Notes under the pieces: generated by a model
Databases searched by the model: none
Told to the model about the DNA's origin: nothing
Seen by the model: the letters and a program-made list of their open reading frames with translations, nothing else
Origin: Antedon mediterranea
Lineage: Eukaryota; Animalia; Echinodermata
DNA length: 64,000 nt
Assembly (NCBI RefSeq): GCF_964355755.1
Contig: NC_092672.1
Location: forward strand, 24,813,237 to 24,877,236
Reading direction: 5' to 3'
In this document: positions 12,909-24,622 of the stretch, piece after piece
How positions within the stretch are numbered: the first letter of the stretch is position 1
How the letters are laid out: each line of letters opens with the position of its first letter
Made by a program: the position numbers and the translations under genes

Positions 12909-15900
12909 GTAAGTCATATATTTAACAAAATATTTTACTTTTTTTTCCAATTTAAAAAGTCTAGATTAATTTTTCACAAAATCTACAAATTGGAGTAGTA
13001 AAGATTTTGTCTGATTTAATGTTGTAATTATAGATACAAAATCTTCACTCATCTTAAACCTTATTTATTATTTTAATGATTTACATTAATACATATACAA
13101 CAAATACAATACATTAGTTTATATTTTTGAATGACAGGTTTGTCAAATATAATTGTGGCACATTTCAACAAATTACAGCATATAATTACTGTAGATAAAA
13201 CCAAATTACATTTGCTCATAAGAGCATTATTGTTCTTCGGAATGTGCCTTGAAGGCTTTGGTCTTTGCTCTATCGTCTTACTGTACACCATCGCTTGTAG
13301 TATAATATCCCACTACCCGGCCTGTGTTAACTATAAAGGCATCCATGTCTAATTCATATGTTATATTTACCTGTTTCAAATGAAAAAATGGATAGCTACT
13401 GTAGATTGTTTTAAATTTAAAGAAAAGAGAATAGATTTAGAGAATAATTTGCAAGCATATAATTATATTTGAACATAATGAACAACTACCTAAAAGGTAG
13501 TCTTCTCTATTGTACCTTTTTAATATCCTAGATGTGGGTAAAGTACTTTAGAAGCATCCTTTATCACTTCTCATCTGTTGTGCTGGCATACATATCTTAT
13601 TTGTTTTATTCTTTGACTTCATTTATATATTATCTTTCATTTATATGTAATTGTGAAACATTCTAAGCATGCCATTATTTGAAAATATTTTCTTATCTTA
13701 TTTTATGCAATGTTATTATATTCTTCAATTTTCAACAACAGCTATTTAAAAAGAAAGAAAGTTGATTGAATATAATTGTATGTAAATTTTTCAGAAAATT
13801 CAGTCGATGATCACTGTTTAAAAAAAAAATATACAATAAGAAATATTTAATGCAGTATTTAAAATGAATTAATGAAAACAATTATGCATTTCTTCAATGG
13901 CCGCAAATGGTAACTGGCTGCAGGCCTTTTAATTTATTTTAAAGTCAGGTTTTTCAAAATTTACCCAACTTTGTCAATAAAATGATCCAATATTGGGAAA
14001 TAAGTAAATAATATTCTAATTTTAGCTATTAATTATGTGAAAATTATTAAATTTGAGACCTCTAATCAGTCTCATACTTAGTAACTTTATTAAAACTAAA
14101 GACAAGGTTGACATGATGATTTGTTTGTTGCTAGAGGATAACGGTGTATTACTATCAGCAAGTTAAAAAAAAAATAATGTTCCTCAAATTTTCTAGACTA
14201 TAAAACATGTCCTACTATAACAATTTGTCATGATCCATTTTAAATTTGAGTGCTAAATAAAACTTGTCTGCTAAATCTAAAACTTAGTTTTCTTCATCTT
14301 TCTGATTTGACAGTAAAACAAATGTAATGTCATTGCAAACCCTTGTTTATATCACCATGGTTAAGGACAGTTTTAAAGAAAACTGAATAGGCCAAATTTG
14401 TTTTGTTACGTTCCATGTCCAGGATTTGAAATTTTTATTTTTTATTTGAGAAATTACAGTTCAGTTGTGTTTACATACCTTAGAGTGCGTAATAAATGCT
14501 TTATTTTTATTTTTTTTTATTACCATTAAAATACACAATGTCTAATAGATTAAAAAGCCATCCATCTCAAAATTTGATTATAAAGGAAATGTGAAACTAA
14601 TTATTACATTTTGTTTTTATTTATTTTATCTTTCATATGTCATTACTCTATGATTTATATATACTACAGCTTGTGTATCTCTCAGTTTTCTTTCTTCGTT
14701 TTTTAATTAAAAAATGCCCTTTTGCAGCAATGTCAAATGATCAAAGCTAAACATAATTGTCAAAAATAATAATTATTCTTAATTACAAACTGTCTTATTT
14801 ACAAATGGGGGTCATCACTAAGTTTGTTTACACTTGATATACTTACTTTCTGCAATGTAAATTATAATATTTAAAGTACAGTACTATGTTATTTCAAAAT
14901 TACATGGAACAATAAAGTTATTGATTAATCATTAATACTCCTCACACTTTTTTAAAATTTTATTAATCAAATACTGTACTTTAATAATATTGATAATGTG
15001 CCAAATTGTTAAGTTAAATTGAGATTTGCTATTCTCTTAAAAACAAAAAACCAATATATTCTTAGGCTAAATCTTATATAATTTATTTTAAATTGTATTT
15101 TTAAGTGTATATGGTCATTATTACAGTTATGATCATACTTCAGTTTAAAATAATTTCCATTAAACAATTCTATAAGAGAAGGAGCACAATACATGCAATG
15201 GCTTTCTTTAACTTACCAGTATTTTCAGTTAATTCATTGCAATTATTATACTACTATATAATTTGTATTCAAGCAAATTATGTAGTTAGACAGGAGTAAT
15301 AATGTCACCTGCATTACATCAAATCAAGACATTTTAATACAATTACACTGCTAGAAACAATGGTCAATCCAATTGTGGTCCCAATATGTCCTTCATATTA
15401 AAGAATGGGAAAATAATAATAATAATGGATAAATAAATGACAAATATTGTTTATTATTATTATAACTTTAAAATCATAGCACATGGGCAGTACTCACCAA
15501 TTTTCATATTTGTTGCTCATACCAAAATGTAAAACCACTAATGCTAGAGAATTTATTTGTTACAGACTTATGGCAAAATCAGCATTGTATTAAACTATCG
15601 CATGGAAGTTTTCAAATAATATATACTATGGCCCTGTTTCTTCTGCCAAGAATATACACACTGTATATTATTTTATATGGTATTTTTTGTGGCAGCAGAA
15701 ATGGGTCTCATAAAAAATATACTGTATAAATATACCGTATAATCTTGATCATTATCCATATTGTTATCTCTGATATTTTATCATACTGTATATTTCTTGC
15801 ACCTTTCTGCTGCGTTATGAATATACCATCTACATTGTTCACCCATAACACAAGGTTTGTTGAGCATACCCTACTTAGAACAATTACTAAAATGTCACAG

Positions 15901-17357
15901 TGGACTGAAAATCTTAAGATATTTGCTCTATTTAAATGTGATAGAACCGAGGTTTCAGGGTAATAGGAGATGTGGGGTTTGGTTGTCGTCAAAACAAGTG
16001 AACAGTAAGCAGTACAAAACAGCAATGAACAATGACTGAAAGTTAGGTAGACACAGGGTTATCCGGTCCCATATGGGGATTTTACGGGATCGAACCATAG
16101 CTATCTATTCCTCAATCCATATAATCCCACAAAGTAGTTTTCAAAGGAAACGGGTCACCGAATTATAATTCTAATATATTATTACGTTATGTTTATGCCG
16201 TACATATTGTAGCAGAAACAGGGCCTATCTTACATTAATGGCTCATTGGGATGACTAAAGGTTGGTATTAATAGTAATACCTAAGGGTAGACTCACAGCG
16301 TTAGGTTTGTTATCCAACACAAGGTAATCCTCTCTTGATAGGGTTCCTATTAACGCAAATGGCGAGGCGTAACAGCTTCCTAACGGTAATCTGCAGCTTA
16401 GTTCACATACAAAAGTATGTACACTGCTTACATACAGCCACCGTGAGTCTGAACATACCCTAAGACACTGAACAGTACTATGTTTAAAAATAAAGGTGAT
16501 TAATCAAAGGCTGATAACTCCTCCACATAAAACTCCTAGAAAGTAGGAAGCCTTTTGTCCTCTTCCCTGACTGACTGAGCATATGATCTCTCTATTAATA
16601 ATTTATATTGTAAACCTTATTATGTAAACAGAAATATCAATGAAAATTCTTCTTCACTAAAAAGTTTTTAAAGATATGCTACATTATTAGCAATTTACAC
16701 CTAAATCCAGCCCTCAGTCTTAACCCTTTTCCAACATGCAATTTGTTTTTTGAGGATATTCACTACATTATTAGCAAATTACCCCCTAAATCCACCCTTT
16801 TCCAACATGGCTGTTGAAAAAGTGTGTCATCCAATAGAATAGTTATATATCATTGTTATATTTATTCATCTTCTTCTTCATTATAAGACAATAACAAACA
16901 AACTCGTTTAAATATAAATCTACCCACTGTAATGTTGGTGTTGCTACAGATTTTCATACTTTAGAACAATGACAGATTATCAATGCTTACTTTATAGCAT
17001 TCATTCAAGTATAAGTAATAATGTCAACAGTATACTATTTGAAAATCACAAAATAAAAAGATCAACTTTAATGATTTTGTAAAGCTTAATATTTGTTAAC
17101 AGAATGTTCATTCTTTTAAATTCAAACTTTTATTTATCCACAAAATATCAAAGATTAAAAATAAACTTTAAAAATGTTAAAACAGTGATCGTGCCTTAAG
17201 TTACAAAGTTCAAAAGGATGAACTAAATCACCTAATAAAAACCTTAAAAGAGGCTACGAGGATGCTTGTTTTTATTGTCATTATTGAATAAATGTTATTG
17301 AATTGAAATTAAATTGAATTGAATTCACAGCCTACACATATAATAATATACAAATAA

Positions 17358-17608
17358 TGAATGTTTATGAGTGTAATGGTACAAATAATGGCACGAGGTC
17401 AATGATGAAAGGTTATATATCAGCGAGGCGACAGCGCAAAGTTGTGTCTTGATCTAACCGGGTACCCATTTTATACACCTGGGTGGAGAGAGGCAAACGT
17501 AAGTAAAGTACCTTGCCTATTAGATACAAGCAATGCGGCGAGAGTTGGATTCGAACCTCGATCTCATGATCAGTAGTCGAATATCCAACACACTGCGCCA
17601 CACGCCCT
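17358..17608 (-). mobile_element. tRNA-derived SINE with a conserved central domain (Deu/Nin-like)
   Basis: Minus strand: A box TGGCGCAGTGTG, B box GGTTCGAATCC, then CTCTCCACCCAGGTGTATAAAATGGGTACC; absent from the paralog near 58690. Confidence 0.85.
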
Positions 17609-17802
17609 CACGAGGTATTATATAATATACAATAATAACAAAATATGATATTTTAATTAAGTTAAAAATGAAAAACTACAATGTGTATTCCCTTTGCGTA
17701 CTGTACACCCATTTTTTATTGTTGCAAAGTTTCAAAATGACGCAATGAACTTTACTGCGTCCATTGGATTGAATGTTAAATCGACCAAATATAAGTCCTG
17801 AT

Positions 17803-17886
17803 AATGAACAGAACAGAGTATGCTCAGTATATTGAATAGAACAGAGTCTGCTCAGTATAATGAACAGAACAGAGTATGCTCAGTAT
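17803..17886. repeat. 28-bp tandem triplication
   Basis: aatgaacagaacagagtatgctcagtat x3; single copy in the paralog at ~58868. Confidence 0.92.
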
Positions 17887-18878
17887 ATGTGCATAAGCAT
17901 GCGCAGATTAATATTTTGTGTAGATTACCATATCCTTTCATCTACCGTCCACCTTCGTCTACCGTCCTGTCATAAAGTCGCTAGTAGGTTTTATTGTAAA
18001 TTCATGATTTCAAATTTTAACAGCACACCACATGCAACAGCTATACTAAATAGTAGTACTAATTATTGTCAGTATTTTCATTTCTATTGTAAATAAATAG
18101 TCAACAGATACCTCTTAGAATCAGGCTTCTGAGTCATGTCTAGGCATACATTCTACTCATTCACTCTTTATCAAAATTTGGGATTTTTAAAATGCCTTTC
18201 TTTCTTTCCATCATATATATTCATTTAGGACTGACAATTTCATTCTTATAGTTTCATTCTACTGTAAAACAATAATACTCTCTTTTTCATTACATTCAAC
18301 CTCTTACATTAACATTCAAATTAATTCAGAATAAACACATTTGGATGATGAAGCCTAAAAAAATACAAATATATTTTGATTTTCATTATACATTACTTAT
18401 TATACTCCATTTTATAGGTATAAAACATACAGTGCTATAGTTAATAGTCAAACAGAAATAAAACTTTGTTTAATTTGGTTGCCAGCGCAATGTAGTCGCT
18501 ACGCAAGTGAGTTGACCAATAACAAGCAACAGTTCGTATAATCCATCACATCGTGATTGGTCAATTTGCTTGATTTAATTTACACAAAAATTGGATAGAC
18601 TACAGACAAATGGACAGACTAAATGTTGGGACAAACAAACTTATACATGCAATTATTACTCAGTAATCACCTCTGTAGTCCCATGGGTACTTTTTTACAT
18701 AGTTATTGATTACAGTGCCTTAAAATATTCTTTAAATAATAATTGTGTAAATGAATTTGACCAGGACCTTACCATGCCAATCCATATCAATACTTTAAGT
18801 TACAATTGTAGATAATATATTGATATTCATTTGTAGCTACAAGGCTTCATTATCTTAAGATTATTAGAGTATGCGTAA

Positions 18879-19180
18879 CAGCAGTATGATCATACACACT
18901 GTTTATATTTTGTTTGGTGTAACGAGTACAAGGGTAGGCCTATAGCTACAGCAGTAGGTCATACTCACTGTTTATATTTTGTGTGGTGTAGTAGGTAGGG
19001 GTAGGCCTATACAGCAGTATGATCATAATCACTGTTTATATTGTGTGGTGTAGTACGTACCGGAGTAGGCCTATAGCTACTGTCAGCAGTAGGTCATAAT
19101 CACTGTTTATATTTTATGTGGTGTAGTAGGTACAGGGGTAGTCCTATACTAGCTACAGCAGTATGATCATAATCACTATA
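18879..19180. repeat. Tandem repeat, ~65-80-bp unit, 4-5 copies
   Basis: cagcagtatgatcata...cactgtttatattttgtgtggtgtagta...ggggtaggcctata; a further partial unit follows at ~19520-19575. Confidence 0.88.
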
Positions 19181-19966
19181 GGGCTGGAAGTCATTCAAAT
19201 ATATAGGGTTGTAATTGTATTAAACTATTGTGGAGTAGGGAATAGGGCAAAACATCTGTCAATTACTCAACTCCCTGACCCAAAGCTACTCCACAGTAGT
19301 TTAATACAATTACGCTGCGTACTTGGGCTCGAATCTAACCACTAGCCATCAGTGCAAGCGGTCAGAGGTATGAACGGCAGGCTAGTGATCTGGAGGTCGT
19401 GGGTTCGTCTCCCACCCAAGAACTTTTTTCGCAAGTATTCTCAAATGTACTTAGTATGAAGTACAAATGACGTCAGAGTTGGGCAAAACATCTGAACAAT
19501 CATTCAAATATACCAAATTCTATATTGTGTGGTGTCTGGTACAGGGGTATGGCTACATCAGTATGGTCATACTCGCTTAGTGCTTAGTATGTGACCTGAT
19601 TTTAGTGAAGGTGACAAAGTCACATTCCTCAAATATGTATCATGTTCAAAGAGACTTTAATACCATATAGCCATAACATCTTTATTATTTTGTCTGTTTT
19701 TGTTATTGCATGGATCCATACATATGGGGAATAGAAAGTGACCGCAATTAGGGTGAGGCGCCTGGGGGTAATGAGGTATCAAACTGACTGATTGTACTGT
19801 GAAGTTTTAAACTATAAATTGTAACAGGTATTCTGTACTTACTAGTATAAGATATGTTTTTATTCAACTGTGATATTTTATGTAAAGGTTGTCATTTTGT
19901 TTTTTGTTTTATTATTAACAAAAATGTGCATTTCTCTAACATATTTATTTTTAAAATGTTAAATAG

Positions 19967-20065
19967 AATGGCGAAACAGCATTGCATTGGGGTGCAGTAA
20001 ATGGTCATGTTGATGTCTGCCAAATGTTGGTAGACATGGCAGCAGCAGTGGACCAACAAAATAAT
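19967..20065 (+). CDS. Ankyrin-repeat exon (one 33-aa repeat), internal coding exon
   Basis: aaatAG|AATGGCGAA...AATAAT|GTaagt; exactly 99 nt, phase 0/0; translates NGETALHWGAVNGHVDVCQMLVDMAAAVDQQNN, matching the ankyrin consensus G-x-T-A-L-H-x-A-x-x-x-G-H...L-x-x-x-x-A-x-V-D. Confidence 0.93.
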
Positions 20066-21749
20066 GTAAGTCATAAATTAATTTTTGTATTGAGAACCAT
20101 TCATGATCAGAATCCTAAATTTTATTCTTCATTTTAGTTTAAAATGCTTGTTTCTCAAACAGAATAGCACAAAATGTAGCCTAAGAATGGAATTATTTTA
20201 TTATGGTATAGAGGCTACTTGTTAATACCTTCACATTTTTTTCTTATTTGAAATTTTTATTAAATTGTCTAATTATTCTACATCTTGAATTTAACATATT
20301 TATACCATTAAGATAGTGCAGACAAGTCAACATTAACAACAACAAAATAAACAAGTTTAAAATGCTATTTTTTGGGCTATTAAAAAGCTGCAGTTAATCT
20401 AGCAATCATTTGGTGGATTACTGTAATTTAGTTATTAATTCTCTATTAAATAAATGTCATGAAAACTATAGCGCTTAGATTGCTTAGTGCTTGAAGTTGC
20501 TTGTTGGTATGACAACTACAACTAATGCAGATCCTGCATTGTATCTGTCTCAGAATATCCTTGTTTAATCAATCTTTTTAAAACTTTTTTAATCATTACA
20601 TTAGTAATGCTAATTTTAATACACGATTATAATATTATTGAATGCATTTCATGCATTTCTCATTTGTTTCATGCTGCACAATTTTGATGTGTCAGGCATG
20701 TTTCTGATGGTAATGGTATCTTGGACCTTGTGTGAATGGATAAAAGGCAAACAACTTTGGGGAATACATTTTTGTTATACTGATGTTGTCACAAAAGTTT
20801 GTAGTTTTTCTGATTTCAGGATATGTTATTTGTAAAGTAATGGCATAAAATTTAAACTGAATTCAAATTGAATCAAATATTAAACTTTTTCTTCTACTAA
20901 AATGTAGAGTAGACATTACTCTATACATTGGTATAAAGAATTAAATGTTTGAACAAGAAAAACTGTACTTAATTATAGCTATTTTTTATCATACCCTACC
21001 TAAAATTGTTTAATAATCTAGAACTCAGTGTTTTGTTAACTTGTGTTCGTACATATTCATAGCTATAAACATGTGCATAACGATGCTTAAATTAAACAGA
21101 GTTATAGGCCTACCTATCATATAGTATACTAGCAATTATACCCGCCCCAGGGCGGGTTTCAAAATTAGTTTACAGCCTTCTCAGTACATAACACCCGACG
21201 CCATGAGTATCTGTCTATACTCGCCAACCTCCACCCCTCTTCAATAACACCCCATACTCTTTCTTAAAAACAAATTCTTCCCAGTGATGGACAAATTCAA
21301 TTCAACCTAAGCTTCGAATTGAGAGGAGTATGCATAGCTACGATGGGTCTAATAATGGTTAAATGGTACGTTGTAAATTGTGTAAATGAATAGGTGTCAT
21401 ATTGGCTGATAATTAAAATATGTAATTTAGATACTGCGGTCCCCAGCCTTCTTTCTCCTTTCACCACCCCAGCCACCAACAAACCTTGACTCCTCCCCTG
21501 GACAGTTCAAATTTAGTAACTTTTCCTAGTACAATCCAATCATATAGGACACTACACCCCAGTACAAATTATGTTATTATCACTCCCAACCCATAATCCC
21601 TTAGTGGCAGTTTTCAAATACAGTTTCGGTCATGGTGATAGGCCTACATCCCCACCCCATCCGCTTCCCAGGGATGATTAAATACTTTAACATTTTCCAA
21701 CCACAATTCTGGTGTAAGCAAAATCCCCACTATCCCCTGAACCCAAACC

Positions 21750-21836
21750 CCATCTCCCAACCCCACTCCCTATCTCCCAACCCCACTCCCTATCTCCCAA
21801 CCCCACTCTCCTATCTCCCAACCCCACTCTCCCACA
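21750..21836. repeat. 20-bp C-rich tandem repeat inside the Helitron
   Basis: ctcccaaccccactccctat x4. Confidence 0.9.
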
Positions 21837-22010
21837 ATGGGCGTTTTTCCCTTGGAGGATTGGTGGTGTAGTTGAACACAGTAACAGTAAACAACGTTTG
21901 TATGTTCACACAGGAATGGATGTTTGTACTGAGACAATCCAAGAGACCGATACATAGCTGGATATGGTTAAAGTACTTTGCTAAATGTGTAAATGAATAG
22001 GTGTCATATT

Positions 22011-22507
22011 TACGAAAGCCCATTAATGCCATTTTAAGTATATGTTTTTCGAACGTAATCCGTTATAACGAATTAGTAATTCGTTTGAACGGATTAATAA
22101 TTCGTTTGAACGGATTAATAATCTGTTAATTACTAATTTGTTTAAACGGATTACTAATTTGTTCAAACGAATTACTAATTCGTTCAAACGAATTACTAAT
22201 TTGTTTAAACGGATTACTAATTTGTTTAAACAAATTATTAATTTGTTTAAACGGATTACTAATTCGTTTGAACAAATTAGTAATCCGTTTAAACAAATTA
22301 GTAATTCGTTTGAACGGATTAGTAATCCGTTTAAACGAATTACAACATATACTTTAAATGGCACTTGTTGTATATGTTGCAATTCGTTTGAACGGATTAC
22401 TAATTCGTTTGAACAGATTATTAATCCGTTCAAACGAATTACTAATTCGTTAGAACGGATTACGTTCGAAAAACATATACTTAAAATGGCATTAATGGGC
22501 TTTCGTA
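22011..22507. mobile_element. TIR element with 6-bp TSD and TAC..GTA ends (IS3EU-like MITE)
   Basis: ~85-bp TIR starting TACGAAAGCCCATTAATGCC; CATATT on both flanks (22005-22010, 22508-22513); interior is a 21-bp repeat array (aattcgtttgaacggattact). Confidence 0.85.
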
Positions 22508-23170
22508 CATATTGGTTAATGAATAAAATATGTATATCTATATACGCCTTGCTGAGGATAATTAAAATACTGTAAAACTTTTGTAGTATAATTTTACAAT
22601 TCAATAGCCTACAACCCCGAGCCCTAGCAAAAAATGACATCACATACCACCACACCACCCCCGCCCCACCCCTCCCACCCCTCCCACAAAAACCCCAGGA
22701 GTCGGGGGAATTTTTAAAAATGTAGTTTAAAACCTTCCGGGTTTCATTCATCATTTTGATACCCCATACGTATGGTTACGTGCAGAAACAGAAATTTTTA
22801 TAACGAACAAACATCGAAAGTGGGGGGTTTGACCACATTTTGGTCCCTAACTTGGATCCTAGGTGGCGGATGATGTTGAAATATAGCTTAGAACATTTCC
22901 GGTAAAATTGCGGTCATTTTGATACCCCATATGTAAGATTATGTGCAGTAACAAAATTTTGTATAACGAACAAACAAACAAACAGACAGACAAACAGACA
23001 GACAAACAGACAAACTCTCTCACTTATAATATAGATATATATATGAGAATTTTATATAAATCATTCTGTAAATTATAGAAACAGTGCTCATATTCGGAAC
23101 ATTGTCTCATAATCGCGTTGAGCATAGCTCATTGGCGAAAGTTCCATACTTTTTAGTTGTATGAAATAAT

Positions 23171-23243
23171 GTCTCTGGCGGAATTTGAACATGCAACCTC
23201 TCGCTTACAGGGCGAGTATCATACCACTAGACCACAGAGCTAT
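23171..23243 (-). mobile_element. Degenerate tRNA-like head (SINE- or repeat-derived)
   Basis: Minus strand gctctgTGGTCTAGTGGtatgatactcgccctgtaagcgagaggttgcatGTTCAAATtccgccagagac. Confidence 0.6.
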
Positions 23244-23322
23244 ATATGGTATTTTCACAGATTTTCACCCACCAGATACATTCTCTCATACAACAAATGA
23301 TATGGACATGTTCATTATTTAT

Positions 23323-23630
23323 ATATGTATTGTCCCCCTGAACAATTTATTTTTACATTTATTTGTTGATTATGCCATTTTAATATCATATAATAGTTAT
23401 CCACTTTGACCAAAACTTGGATTGGAAAAAAAATTATTTACCTGAAAAAACTGTAATTTAAATTGCCTGCCATACCAATGGATTTTTGGTTTGGTGTCAT
23501 TTTAGTGAAAACATGATTTTTTCTTCTTTTTTTCTACGCAATTGATTAACTTGATTAAAACTACAAATAACCTATGAAAGTCTGATTTTATTAATCTTCA
23601 TTTTTCATGTTGTTGGGGGACAATACATCT
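23323..23630. mobile_element. Kolobok-like MITE
   Basis: IR ATGTATTGTCCCC / GGGGACAATACATCT followed by TTAA; related ends at 35610-35903 and ~38123. Confidence 0.6.
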
Positions 23631-24495
23631 TTAAAAAAACATAACCTAATGTCCTTGTTCTACATGGAACCCCCGCAGTTTAAACGCGGACAAAACCACA
23701 GAAGGATAGCTATACTTGCTCACTTTATTTCTATCCATCCGTTCATCCGGTAAACTAAAATAAAAACAAACAGAGAAACAATTGACACGGCGCCATGAAG
23801 CACGTCTCTAACGTATACTACGGCTTATCATACATAATTCGTCGTTAACATGGGCATACTATCATCATTATGTCTATCAAACCTAACTAATTCATAAGTA
23901 AATAATAATATATAAGATTGTCTCCACACGGAGCATTAAAGGTGTACAACAACGTTAATACAACGTATCGCCTATTGGGCACAGCTCTCATACCATGAAC
24001 AGTGACTACAACAAACCGTGACTAGCCTAATTTACATATCAAGGTATCAAGGTGCGATGTACATACATAACATGACTCCCTGCAAAGATAAATTATGAAA
24101 CTGACAGTAGCATCACTTTTGCTTTGCATACACAACAATAGTGGCTCCTTGACGGGGAATTGATTACAATAATACTAACTACTGACATTCAATGATTGAA
24201 GTTTCTCCTTCATCTAATGTTCAAGCAGTATTGTTATAATGTTTTTTTATTGTCCTATAATTTCACACATAAATTAATTATTCTCTCAGATTTGAAATCA
24301 AAATAAAATGTACATTGACTTAGTAATGTATTTAATAATTGCCCTGATTCAATACACAACTATTAATTTAGATTGTATACTGGCTTTTTCTTTTTATCCA
24401 AATGTACATATGAAAAACATAAGCACTCATTTTGAGGACTTGTGATGAGTTGAAAAACAAATAATAATATTATCAAGTTAAAGTTCAATACAATT

Positions 24496-24622
24496 TTTAG
24501 TCGCGTGGACGCGACTCTATAATTTATTATGTCGGTTGGTCGGTCTGTCGGTCTGTCTGTCGGTCCGTCGGTCCGGTATCACTATGCGTCTTAGCACGCG
24601 ACTTATGGCTGTTGCCCTTGTT
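24496..24622 (+). mobile_element. Minimal HINE/Helentron element (~127 bp)
   Basis: Same ends as 11310-12149; the paralogous sites at ~39966 and ~55806 show only an uninterrupted T-run. Confidence 0.9.

Larger units (their letters stand above)
8488..16844. repeat. Segmental duplication block A, copy 1
   Basis: Colinear with 28424-33211 once the 9091-12274 insertion and several indels are removed. Confidence 0.95.
17195..18897. repeat. Duplication block C, copy 1
   Basis: Colinear, diverged match to 58523-60262. Confidence 0.9.
21129..23035 (-). mobile_element. Non-autonomous canonical Helitron
   Basis: Minus strand starts A|TCTATATTATAAG, followed by a (TGTC/TGTT)n microsatellite; ends with GC hairpin ACCCGCCC-TG-GGGCGGGT and CTAG|T; A|T target, no TSD. 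Confidence 0.88.

Noticed and set aside
17540-17608. tRNA gene
   Set aside because: Poor cloverleaf, continues into a SINE body and is absent from the paralog; the tRNA-like segments at 23171 and 53568 are likewise degenerate
22060-22460. Regular palindromic repeats as a possible CRISPR array
   Set aside because: No unique spacers, no cas genes, eukaryotic context
22023-22754. 243-aa and 145-aa ORFs with 7-aa periodicity resembling LRR or coiled-coil proteins
   Set aside because: Produced by the 21-bp array inside a TIR element with a TSD; open on both strands
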